Source: Squalus acanthias (Eukaryota). Taken from it: a stretch of DNA of 64,000 nucleotides. Under the pieces are notes generated by a model. The model made no database searches, had not been told where the DNA came from, and saw only the letters and a program-made list of their open reading frames with translations. The stretch lies in the NCBI GenBank assembly GCA_030390025.1, contig CM059432.1:100442001-100506000 (forward strand). Direction: 5' to 3'. The position numbers and the translations under genes were made by a program. Of the stretch, positions 39,876 to 51,720 are shown one piece after another (position 1 is the first letter of the stretch; each line of letters opens with the position of its first letter).

Positions 39876-40160
39876 ACTGCTCTCTCAGGTGGACGTAAAA
39901 GATCCCATGGCACTATTTCGAAGAAGAGCAGTGGGGTTATCCCCAGTGTCCTGGCCAATCTTTATCCCTCAATCAACATCACTAAAAACAGATTATCTGG
40001 TCATTATCACATTGCTGTTTGTGGGAGCTTGCTGTGCACAAATTGGCTGCCGCGTTTCCCACATTACAACAGTGACTACACTCCAAAAGTACTTCATTGG
40101 CTGTAAAGCGCTTTGAGACGTCCGGTGGTCAAGAAAGTCATGCAAGTCTTTCTTTCTTTT
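39876..40160 (+). mobile_element. SacSINE1-like SINE 3' half
   Basis: ctctcaggtggacgtaaaagatcccatggc...cattggctgtaaagcgcttt...gcaagtctttctttc. Confidence 0.85.
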
Positions 40161-40449
40161 AATATCATTATTCTAATTTGCTTTAATCATATAAGGTTGG
40201 AACATACTTAGCTCATTTTTAAAGGCTCCAGCTATATGGATAGCAGTAGGCGAGAGTAGTTCATTTTCAAATATGAGAAGCCTACTAAATTTGTTACGAT
40301 TCATAATAGGATATCCATTTTTACCTCGTTAATGAGACATGAGTGAAGCTGTGGAATACTAGTTTATGAACGCTTATCACTTTCATTTGAAATTCACTCT
40401 TCCACTATTTTAATGAAGGCATTAAGCTATTTAAAATAAAATGGGTTAA

Positions 40450-41005
40450 TAGGAACATACAAAGTTTACGGGCAGGAAAAGACCAGCTGGTCCATCAAGC
40501 CTGCCCCACACCATGATGGCCGGAGCATCATGACTAAACACATCCTCCCCTTCTCAGCCATGTAATCCCTGGGAGAGGCAAAAAAAAAGATAAAAAACCC
40601 AGGGCCAATAAGGGAAAAAAAAGTACTCTTGAAAATTCCTCTCCGACCCCCTCAGGCAATCAAAACTAGTCCAGGAGATCACATGGAACAAGTGTTATCA
40701 ATAAAGACACTTACCTTCTATATGATGCAATCTCAGCCCCAGTCAAGAACTGGTCCAGATCCCTCTTAAAGGCATACAGAGAGTTAACACCCACCAGACC
40801 AGCAGGCAATGTATTCCAGAGGCTCGCAATTCTCTGGCGAAAGAAGAACCGCCTAACGTCCAGTCTTTTCCTACACTTACAGTAGTTTAAACTTGTGTCC
40901 CCTGGTCATCCCCAATCTGTTATACTGGAATAATCTATCAATAGGCATGCTATCAAGCCCTTTATTTATTTTATAGAACTCTATCAGGTCATCTCTAATG
41001 CCTCT
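40450..41005 (-). mobile_element. Older CR1-type LINE 3' fragment (different subfamily)
   Basis: RGIRDDLIEFYKINKGLD...TRGHKFKL. Confidence 0.7.
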
Positions 41006-41211
41006 AGAGGAAGAAGGAATTTCATGAGAATGTCTTAAGTGTTCATACACTATATTATGCTTGTGAAGTATCATGGTATGGAACTGTTCCAAATTCACTC
41101 TTGTTTAGTAATCCTTAAAATGGATTTAAATTGAAATCAGAGGAACGTTACAGAATAGAGACAAAGTACAAAAGCATGGATCCAGAGGACTGTAAGATCT
41201 AAAAAGCATAC

Positions 41212-41292
41212 CTATCTCAAATTCCTCATCCTCCGTCAAATTTTGCCCAGTGAGCATCGCTGGTGGAGGTTGGCAGATTCGTAGTTGATAGG
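41212..41292 (-). CDS. CSMD3: CSMD3 coding exon, N-terminal part of a Sushi domain (81 bp, phase 1-1)
   Basis: ttttgcAG|CC TAT... (A)YQLRICQPPPAMLTGQNLTEDEEFEI G|GTATG. Confidence 0.93.
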
Positions 41293-42635
41293 CTGCAAAA
41301 ATCAAAAGTTCATTATTCACAGACGCAGCTTATAAAAGATCCAGTTGTTATTTACTAAAATAGATCCTATGTTATATACCAAATAATGTTTTGAGGGAAA
41401 GAAATGGATTTTTGTTCAATGAAAAGACCACACATAAAACCAAGCTACTTGAATTAGAATTAACGCAACACATATTTTAGGTGAAAGCAGTAATTACCTG
41501 TGCAGTACTGACTTTCAGGTAACTTTTACACAGGTAGATTTTTATGAATACTTCCTTGACTATATTGCTAAATTCGGATTCTTGATCTGCAACATACCTT
41601 ATTGGCTATAAATGTATATGAACAGGCAACTTAACAATTTGTTAAATGGCTCAAAACTTGGTAAACTACAAGAAGCCAGGCTGCAGATTAATTTTACACT
41701 TTAAATATTACTTTGAAGATTGCTATAGAAGTAGTCAGATTCTTAATCCTTAAGATATCTCTGACCAATGAAGGGTGATTCTGTGTGCCCGTGCTCACTA
41801 AGGGTAATTTTGTGATCCTGCACTCCCAGTGCTTGCTGGGAGTACAGGTCGGAGAAATACCCAATCTTTAGCCTGCATTCCCATTGAGCGCAACTGCCCC
41901 ACTGAGAACACAAGATCAGGAAGCACCCCTGCTATGCCATCTCTGATAACCTCCATCATTCCCTTCTGCCACTTTATAACCAAATACCTGATAATAAATT
42001 ACAAGGCACACTTTTTTTGCAATAATAGAGGAAGGATTTCCTCTTTTTGCTATATGCAGCAACACTAATTGCAAGGAGTGAGCCATTGCTTCCTTGTGGG
42101 GTCAGGTGGAGCATTTTCCCAGCGACATCATGACCACGTCGGCTCCTCCTGGAAGGAAACTAAAAACGCAGCTTGCTGTGCCTTCTCTGGCCCCGTCTGC
42201 TGTTCCCGGCAGGTTTTACATGGTGGGGAAGCTAATAATGCTCCACCACTCAGGCCTCAGGTTAAAATGGCAGGTCAGGCTCCAGTGTCATCATTGGAGC
42301 CTGACCTGCATATTTAAAGAGAACCCTACCGGCTTGGGACGGGTGTACTTCCCGTCTGTATTTTAAAATTTCGGTCGGGTAGGAAATGAGTGGATGTCCC
42401 CACTCCATTTTAACTGCCCCAACTCCTGTTTACCCCTAGGTGGGGAAGTAAAAAAAAAAAATCAAGGCCTTAGTTTCATTTAGTAAATGGAGTAGAACTA
42501 CATATTATTCTGTGTCAATGCAGGTAGAAAACACGCAAACATTAGCTTATGTAACTTAAAGTTAAATAAAATATTACTTGATAACTTAATTCCACGTATA
42601 CTGAAGAGATTGATGAATGCAGAGCAAAAACTAAC

Positions 42636-42781
42636 CATGGTAACTGAGGATGAAGGAGCCACCTGTTGTGAAATCACTGTGGAATTTGATTAGGATCTGG
42701 TTTGATGTACTGTAGACAGACTCCAAAGCTGTATTGCCACTAAATTGTCCAATCTGAGGAGCAGTCTGCTCTGGCCCATCC
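42636..42781 (-). CDS. CSMD3: CSMD3 coding exon, C-terminal half of the CUB domain (146 bp, phase 2-1)
   Basis: cttatttAG|G GAT GGG... (W)DGPEQTAPQIGQFSGNTALESVYSTSNQILIKFHSDFTTGGSFILSYH G|GTTAG. Not in the ORF track; its first base completes the split TGG codon. Confidence 0.95.
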
Positions 42782-42936
42782 CTAAATAAGACAGTGTCAT
42801 TGTTAGGATTAATTCAGGCTGTTAACTGATCAGCAGGTTCCAGCACAACTGTGGTAAAATAATAGCACCATTTAACTGCAAGGAGTGCATTTCTGCTTCT
42901 GTACATTTGATAATTAATGCATTGTGTAAGGCTATG

Positions 42937-43540
42937 GGGTCGATTTTTTTATCCTACCTGCCTGGATGAGCAGTTAAATTGAGCAAGTTACTTACTTGCT
43001 CAGATACTGAACATTTCCGATATCGACCTGTAGCGTTTTTCAGGCAGAGGAGGCACCCGTCTATAATTTGCCTAATAAATTTATGAAAAGATCCCGAAGC
43101 AGTTTCAACCTGGGCCTGAGCAGGGAAGTTGCTGCAGCTTTCCCACTAGGCAAAAGCAGATCTTAAGATGGAAGAGTAATTCTAAAACTTTCCCTTGTGT
43201 GGCTAGGGGGACCAAGATTGTTTCTCTGGACCTCACAATGAAAGTTGCTGCCTCCCCTACCACAGACGCCCTCCCACCTTTGCTCCTGCGAGACCTCCTG
43301 AAACCCCCACCATGCCACTTACATGGAAGCTAGTGGGCAGCCAAGGGCCACCCGATCTTCACCTGCTAGCAGCTGCTCTGTGCCCTCTTCCTGCCCATTC
43401 TAGGTGGGAAGTGGGCCGGTGCATTTAAATGAGGCCCATCGATTAAAATTGCTATGGCCTCCTGTTGCCTTTGCCGGGTGGGAAATCAACTCACTGGAGC
43501 ATTTCCTGCTGGTAACCCATTCTGAGTTAAAATCCGTCCC
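42937..43540. mobile_element. Degenerate Harbinger-type MITE, TSD ATG
   Basis: ATG|GGGTCGATTTT ... AAAATCCGTCCC|ATG. Confidence 0.6.
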
Positions 43541-43880
43541 ATGTCTCACCAGTTAAGTCATGAACACTACTCTGTATTATCTTTCACATCATTCTTGAAA
43601 GTGTATTCACTTTTTACAGATCTGTTGCACACACAAATTTGTAAATTGCTTGCACTTACAACTCTCTAGTGCAACAATATCCACATGTATATCTATCTGT
43701 GCATTCTGACATGTGCAATTGATAGAATTCCCCAGCATGCAGCTGGATTTGAAGGGTAGTATAGTGAATCTCCTCATCCTGAGGATTTGACAGTTTCTTC
43801 TTCTCTTGTCCCAACAGAGTTTGAAAGAAACTGGAGAGTGAAATTCAAAGCTTTATTTCAGGAAAATGATGACATTTATT

Positions 43881-44297
43881 AACATAGAAACATAGAACAG
43901 GAGTAGGCCATTCGGCCCGTCGAGTCTGCTCCACCATTCAATACGATCATGGCTGATCATCCAAATCCAGTACCCTGTCCCTGCTTTAATCCCCACAGTA
44001 CACATATCCCACCCTACCCCCGTAACCCCACGTATTTAATTCCCCCTAACATATCCCATCCTATCCCCATAACCCCACATATTTAATCCCCCCCTAACAC
44101 TAAGGGTCAATTTATCATAGCCAAATCAACCTAACCCGCACATTTTTGGACTGTGGGAGGAAACCGGAGCACCCGGAGGAAACCCACGCAGACACGGGGA
44201 GAATGTGCAAACTCCACACAGACAGTCACCCGAGGTCAGATTTGAACCCGGGTTCCTGGCGCTGTGAGACACCAGTGCTAACCACTATGCCACCGTG
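43881..44297 (-). mobile_element. HE1-like V-SINE, near-identical to 22227-22657
   Basis: Reverse complement matches the first copy, including the internal duplicated ttaaata(c/t)gtggggtta unit; only a few substitutions. Confidence 0.92.
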
Positions 44298-44407
44298 AAA
44301 TGCTTTTTTTTGTGTCCAGCTACTCAGACTGGCACCACCTGTAAGAAGCAATGAGTGGTAACAGCAATGCCTGATATCATTGTTTTTTAACAAATTCAAT
44401 TTACAAT

Positions 44408-45151
44408 GGCCCAGAAATTGATCTCGCTCTGTTCCCGCGGGGGTAAGCCTTCCCCGCGATGTCTCACCTCGCTTATGCTTTTTCTGATCCAGCTCGCACG
44501 AACTTGATGTTCCAGACATCAGCTGTGCTGGGCTTGCGTATCCCAGCGGCGTAGTTAATTCGTGCGAGCTGTGGGATCACGTGACTCAGTTAGAGCCAAT
44601 GGCAGCACACCATCTTCCATTCATAAGTCTCACAGCATGGCTGTGAGACTTATGAATCTTACACCCCCCCAAAATAACAGCTAAACCTCAATTAAATTAA
44701 AAAAAAAAACCATCACATTAATAAAATAAGTATAGTTAATTAAATTAACCATTTTAAATAAAAAATTAAATTTTTGAAAAAATTTAAAATCTTTTAAAAA
44801 GTTATAAAAATAAACTTACCTGTCTTTAAAGTCTATAAAAAAGATATACCTGCAAAAAAAAATTCAAAAAAATACTTAATTCACTACTTACCTTCTTAAA
44901 AGCGGGTCTTACTCCTCCTTTTTACATTTCCAAAATCTTCCCTACTTACCTGCGCGTCCAAAGCATGAAGTGCACAGCGTGCGCGCAGCCTGTAGCGCGC
45001 ACGCGATGCACCCAGGCCCCGCCCCCTTTTCGGAAGAGCAATTGCCGGTTTTCAGCGCATGCGCAGGGCATGCAGAAAACCGGCAATTGGAGTGGGAATA
45101 CGCGAGAGTATGCAGTGCGTACTCTCGCGTCCCAGGATCAATTTTTGGCCC
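44408..45151. mobile_element. TIR MITE with AT-rich core, TSD AAT
   Basis: AAT|GGCCCAGAAATTGATC ... GATCAATTTTTGGCCC|AAT; related to 49344 and 56016. Confidence 0.88.
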
Positions 45152-45503
45152 AATAATTTACAAGCGAAAACATTGGGGCAATTTTAGTGGCTAAGATGGA
45201 GCCAGTAATTACTGATTATAAAAAGGAACACTATAGCCGCGATTTTATTGGAGGAGGCGGGTTGGAGTCGGGTCACCTGGTGGGTGGGTTCCAGTCCTGC
45301 TGCCGGTTTCAGCCACTCCCAAATAACAATTTTGCATTAAGTGGCCTCATTAATCCCGCCGTGTGCGCTACCCGGACCAATGAGTGGGAGCGGGTCTGAT
45401 GCTCGCCTCTGCTGACGTCATTCATTCAGTAGTTTTTAAGGGGCCCATGTAGCCTTAGCTTCTCATTTCGTTTGTGCTGCTCGGGAAATTGGCCCAGGTC
45501 ACC

Positions 45504-46690
45504 ATGACTGCTGCAAGAGCAAAGACTGCTCCTCGTTTTGCTGAAGACTCCCTCCAAGCTCTTGTGGAGGGAGTAAGAGGGCGCAGGGAGATTCTCTTCC
45601 CTCTCGATGGCCAGGGGAAGCCTCCTCAGCAGACAAAGGCAGCCTGGCTGCGAATTGCTGAGGAGGTCAGCGCTAGGTAAGTTTGCTCACGCACATGGGT
45701 CCAGTGCTGAAAACGCTTAAATGATCTGCTGCGCTCAGCAAAAGTGAGTATCACATCACACTTACCTTCAATCTACTTCCCTTCTCTTCTCATCAGCAGC
45801 ACTCTGCATTGTCAGTCTGTTCCTCCACATCCCACCTTACCCTTAATTCCCTTGCACCCTTACCTATCCATCTCTCTCTATGTACTGAATCACTTCACCA
45901 TCCTACTCTGCACCCCTCACACTCGCTCTCACTGTTAAGCAATGACAACAACTAACAACGCACAGGGAGGCACCTTCCTCTTGGCACCTCACTCCATCTT
46001 GGTCTCCCTCTAAGCTTCTATGTTATGGATTCTTCACACTCACTCCATCAATCTCGCTGAAACTCCACTTGTTTCCCTCCTTGCAGGAAAAGATAGCCCA
46101 CAATAAGAGGGAGAGAGGGAGGACAGGAGGAGGCCAACCATCCCTGACAACTTTGACAAGCTCTGAGGAGGCTGCTCACGACATCGCGGGAGGTGGCGAG
46201 GAGCTGGAAGTGGGGGACGGAGAGACGGGTGCAGTAGAGGAAGCTGGTGACAGAATAGATTTGTAACCCTCTCAGTTAGATTTCATGATTGACTGAAATG
46301 GCATCTGATGTGCATAGAGATTGACTTTTGATCATCTGCACAATAGGATGTGTCTGCTACCTAAATATCAGATGTCTAACTCATGCTTTTACTCTCCCAC
46401 AGGACCATCGAGAGCCCCATCCCCACTGTCCAGGAGGAAGAGCCAGACGACTCCTCAGCGGAACCTGGAGCCTCTGAGGGAGCAGCGTCACCTGAAATCA
46501 GCGCACCCAAGCACCAGCGCAGAAACGCACACCTCGGTGGGTCCTTTGCCACATAGAGTAGTGTTGTCACCTGGTGTATCACAGCTCACAAGTGAGCATC
46601 AGCAGATGGTGGAGACAGCGACAGCAGTGGAGAGTCCTCGTCAGAGGTCACAAGACACTTCTAGCTCTGCTCAGCTGTATGTAGACGCTG
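45504..46690 (+). pseudogene. Harbinger C Myb/SANT-like gene (3 exons, stops, 3' truncated)
   Basis: MTAARAKTAPRFAEDSLQALVEGVRGRREILFP...AAWLRIAEEVS; intron gtgagt 45744 to tgcag 46086; EKIAHNKRERGRTGGG. Confidence 0.82.
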
Positions 46691-46699
46691 TGGCTCGAG

Positions 46700-47811
46700 G
46701 AGGCTGTGCGCTGAGCCACTTGTTCCTCAGGCAGCGCTAAGCCACGCTGCTGTGCGATGTTGTGCAGTGCGATGTTGTGCAGTGCTCAGCAGACAACGAT
46801 GATTCTGGAGACCCTGGCTGGGGCGTAGTGGAGGGCTCCACCTGATCTGTTGAAGCATCTGAATCGCATTTTGAGCAAGCCGATGGTTTGCTCAATGATG
46901 CATCTGGTGGAAATGTGGCTCACATTGTACCACTCCTCAGCTTCGTTTGATGGCCTCCTCATTGGTGTCATTAGCTACTTTTTCAGGGGATAGCCCTTGT
47001 CTCCAAGTAGCCATCCGGAAAGTTGGGTTGGCGGATTGAAGAGCTGAGGCACAGTAGACTGCCGCAGGATGAACGAGTCATGGCAGCTGCCAGGGTACTT
47101 GGCGCAAACATGCATAATGTCCTTCCTGTGGTTACACACCAGCTGGACGTTAAGGAAGTGGAAGCCCTTGCGGTTGACAAATACAGCTGGGTTGTGATGG
47201 GGTGCCCTAATGGCCACATGTGTGCAGTCTACAACGCCCTGCACCCTTGGCAAGCCTGCCATATATGCAAAGCCAACCGTGCGCGCAGTTACACTTGCTT
47301 CATCCGTGGAGAAGTGGATGTAATTGTGCGCATTTGCAAAGAGGGCATCGGTAACCTGCGTGACGCAGGTGTGTGCGGCCGACTGGGAGATGCCGCTGAT
47401 GTCTGCTGCTGATTTCTGGAAGGAGCCCGAAGCAAAGAAGTTGAGTGCGGTGGTGACTTTGACAGCCACTGGTAAGGAGTGTCCACCCGCTCCTCTGGGC
47501 TCCAGGTGTTGGTGCAGCATTGTGCAGATGTCAGCGACTACGTCTTGCGAAAGTCTCAGCTTCCTTTGGCACTGCTGCTCACTCATGTTGAGGAACCTCA
47601 TCCTCGGCCTGTAAACCCTAAGTTGGGGATATCTCCTGTGGCACGGTGTAGCCCTGCGCTGATGCCCTCTGCCCTGTGCAGTATCAGGTGGCTGAGGAGA
47701 AGGTTGGCGCTCCTGTTGTTGCTGCTGCTGTTGTGCCTGGTTGTGCTGCTGCCGCGGCTGCTCTTCCTCCGAATTGGACGACCAGGATGAGAGGATATAA
47801 ACGGTTCCCAT
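46700..47811 (-). pseudogene. Harbinger C transposase (HARBI1-like DDE), two nonsense codons, no frameshift seen
   Basis: 278-aa ORF ([27 protein letters not shown]), TAG in place of W, continues in frame through IIEQTIGLLKMRFRC, TGA, then a 15-bp duplication (LHNIA twice). Confidence 0.92.
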
Positions 47812-49343
47812 TTCGCTGGTATATATCTCGGTTGAGGAATAGAGGTTGCAAGCGCTCAGTCAAAGTGGCCAGAGGATATTCCAAGGAGATCATACTGCAG
47901 ATGGATCTCAGCTTGAACACTCACAAGATCAGTAGAGTTGCAAAATATTTGCCAAAACTTCAAAGCACTAAGTTGTGGCATCTGAACTCAGCCATGTTGC
48001 AGGACTGCTTTTAAGCTGCTGTAGCAGCTGCCAACAATTGAGCTCCTCGCTAAACCCGGCACAATGCAGTTGGGGTGTTTGTCAGACGACGGGCAACACA
48101 CAGAAAATGCTCCAAAATCGGAATAGGCTGTTAAAATAAGATTATCAAGGCAGTTAACAAGCTGTTAACTGCCTTAAGAGCATCTCCCGCCATTTGGTGT
48201 GGGGTCTGATCAGGACTCGCAGACCTGACAATTGGTAAAGTAGTGTGGAGGTGGGATGGCGGCGGGTTTGCAACCCGCCGTCAATCATTTAGATATTTAC
48301 TCCCGACCCGCCTCCAAACCTGCCCTCTGAGCGCCGGCAAATTCACGGCCTATATTCCTAGGCTTACATTTATCAATCAAAGGAAAGCAAATGATAACCC
48401 TATCAACTAAGTATGGTTTCTCAACCTCATTGTTAGCTAGTTATTATTGATTACAAGTGCAACTACTAACTCCTTTTCATCATTTTCAATATTCCTTGCT
48501 CCTGATAAGTGTGCAGCTTTTGATTGCTTGCCCTTTCCCAGAAAACACTTGGCTTGAAATCATAATATGCAATTTTAGTACTGAATGTGTTCATTCATTT
48601 TGTATGAAATTCATTTATTTGAAAATTTAAATGCCTTTTTTAAAATAACAGAGCAATATCTTGCAAACAAGTTAATGCATTCAGTACTTGTATCACACAT
48701 TTCACCCTAGCTAGCATTTCATTGCTTCAAGCCTGGATCGATGCTTTCCTTAGATGACCCTCATTTCTTTTATCTCATGTCTTCTAGTACCTTATTTGAC
48801 AATTGAACACCACTTGTCGAACTCCATATATTGTAAGTACCCAAGCTTTGCCTTGGCACTCTTTCCTCTTTTAAGATCCAGTTTTCATAAACAGATCGAC
48901 TTAACCTTAATTCAGTTCAAGACTCTTTATTGAGTTGCAGCAATTATTAAACAAGTATCAGCAAGTATTCTTCTAAAGAGCCACCATTATCTATTTTCTT
49001 CAAAGTCACATTCAGGTCCATACAAATAGAGAAAATGAACTAGCACCTTTACCAGTCTTCATGTAAGCATTACTCATATTTTGTCAGCTCAGCCATCTTA
49101 CTCCTTATCAAACACCATTTATTTTCTTTACCTCTACACTATATTCATCATTTTCTATCTTGTTTGATCCAATTTAAGTAAATCAGCTCACTGGATCAAT
49201 GTCCTTTTCTCTTACTGAGATTGCTACACTGCTGTGATGTCTGCACTTGTCTATTAATATTTTTTTCATGGTTTAGCAGTTAGTTTGTAGTTGCTATTTC
49301 TTCCCTTTTTGTTAACATTTGCCAGAAACCCAACTTAAACAAT

Positions 49344-50077
49344 GGCCCATATTTTCCGATCCCTATGGGTGTGTATGCGCTGTGTACACACCCGTAGGGA
49401 CTTCGCAAGTGCCGGTTTCAGGCATTCGAAGCGCATGCATTGAAAACCGGCATTTCCGATCTGTCAAGAATCCTCTTGACAGATTGCACGCCTGCCCTGG
49501 GGAAGGGCCTCTGCGGGTGGAGAGTTCCGCTTTTTGCAGAACCTCCGCCCGCTGAAATCCCTTAAAAATCTTACGCCTGGTAAAAGTAGGTGTAAGGCCT
49601 GCTTTTATCAGCATAAGAGTTTAAAAAAAAGTTAAAAAAATACATTTTTTCACTCATTTATAATTTAAAAACACTTTTAAAAAAGGTAAGTTTATTTTTA
49701 GCCCCGTAAAAACTTTAGTTTTTTTTCAATATATATTTTAATGTAATTTTAACTCATTTTAAAAAAGTGATTTAAAAAAAATATTTAATGTTTTGATGTG
49801 TTTTTCAAGTGATCTCCATTCATACTTTTGACAGGTCTAAGCTGTCAAAAGTATGAAGGGAGATTCCCTTCTCCCATTGGTTACCCATGGCCCATGTGAT
49901 CCCAGGGACGCTTGCGAACCGCATGCGCCCCTGGGATACCTGGGCCCTGCGCATTTCGTCGTGGAGAGGCCCAGGAGCGGAAATGGCCGGACCTCTGGAG
50001 CCCTCAATAACGGCGTAGATTTTTTCCAGATCGGAGGCCTCCGCACGCAGGAAGCCTCTGATCGGAAAATACAGGCC
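49344..50077. mobile_element. TIR MITE with AT-rich core, TSD AAT
   Basis: AAT|GGCCCATATTTTCCGATC ... GATCGGAAAATACAGGCC|AAT. Confidence 0.9.
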
Positions 50078-50246
50078 AATACTTTTGAGGAGTTTCACGT
50101 CTCAAAGAATCGAATAGTTCCATGTAATGAATAAACACCAAGAACATTTCTCATTTATCTCTCGTCGTTTTAATCAGTACCCACAGACAATCATAGATTT
50201 CATTTCTCCTCCTTGTCTGGATGCTTCTTGCTCCTCAACAAGTTCT

Positions 50247-51507
50247 TAGAAACATAGAAAAATAGGAGCAGGAGTAGGCCATTCGGCCCGTCGAGCCTGC
50301 TCCGCCATTCAATATGATCAGGGCTGATCCTCTATCTCAATACCATATTCCCGCTCTCTCCCCATACCCCTTGATGCCTTTTGTGTCTAGAAATCTATCT
50401 ATCTCCTTCTTAAATATATTCAGTGACTTGGCCTCCACAGCCTTCTGTGGTAGAGAATTCCACAGGTTCACCACCCTCTGAGTGAAGAAATTTCTCCTCA
50501 CCTCAGTCTTAAATGTCCTACCCCGTATCCTGAGACTGTGACCCCTCGTTCTAGACCCCCCGCAGCAGGGGAAACATCCTCCCTGCATCCAGTCTGTCTA
50601 GCCCTGTCAGAATTTTATACATTTCTATGAAATCCCCTCTCATTTTTCTAAACTCCAGTGAATACAGGCCTAGTCGACCCAATCTCTCCTCATGCGACAG
50701 TCCTGCCATCCCAGGAATCAGTCTGGTGAATCTTTGCTGCACTCCTTCTATGGCAAGTATATCCTTTCTTAGGTAAGGAGACCAAAACTGCACACAGTAC
50801 TCCAGGTGTGGTCTCACCAAGGCCCTGTATAACTGGAGTAAGACATCCTTGCTCCTGTTCTCAAATCCTCTTGCAATGAAGGCAAACATACCATTTGCCT
50901 TCCTAACTGCTTGCTGCACCTGCATGTTTGCTTTCAGTGACTGGTGTACAAGGACCCAAGTCCCTTTGTACATCAACATTTCCCAATCTATCACCATTTA
51001 AATAATACTCTGCCTTTCTGTTTTTTCTACCGAAGTGGATAACATCACATTTATCCATGTTATACTGCATCTGCCATGTATTTGCCCACTCATTCAACTT
51101 GTCTAAATCACCCTGAAGCCTCTTTGCATCCTCCTCACAACTCACAATCCCACCTAGTTTCATGTCGTCAGCAAACTTGAAAATAATACATTTGGTTCCC
51201 TCATCCAAATCATTGATATATATTGTGAATATCTGGGGCCCGAGCACTGATCCCTGCGGTACCCCACTAGTCACCGCCTGCCACCCCGAAAAAGACCCAT
51301 TTATTCCTACTCTCTGTTTCCTGTCTGTTAACCAATTTTCAATCCATGCCAGTATATTACTCCAAATCTCTTGTGCTTTAATTTTGCACACTAACCTCTT
51401 ATGTGGGACTTTATCAAAGGCCTTCTGAAAATCCAAATACACCACATCCACTGGTTCTCCCTTATCTATTCTACCAGTTACATCCTCAAAAAACTCCAGT
51501 AGGTTTG
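50247..51507 (-). mobile_element. 5'-truncated CR1 LINE
   Basis: ORFs 50903-51451, 50551-50997 and 50337-50588; very similar to 3870-5103. Confidence 0.95.
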
Positions 51508-51720
51508 GTTTACTTCCACATCACATTCAATATTATTTTACTTGCATGACTAATCAAGATACTTGTTTAATAATTACTGCAACTGACAGATACATTTTTC
51601 AACAAGATTATATACATATTGATTTGGTCCTTTCTCCTGTTTTCTAGATCTTCATTCCTAACACATCAACAGAAATCCAGAAGCTTTTTTGATGCTCTTG
51701 CTTTCCTCCCAGTGACAGTG

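Larger units (their letters stand above)
45235..48350. mobile_element. Two-gene PIF/Harbinger transposon (C), TSD TAT
   Basis: TAT|AGCCGCGATTTT ... AAATTCACGGCC|TAT; convergent Myb-like (+) and transposase (-) genes. Confidence 0.92.

Noticed and set aside
46975..47811. Domesticated host HARBI1 gene
   Set aside because: It lies within TIRs and a TSD, is paired with a Myb-like gene and has nonsense codons, so it is a transposon copy.
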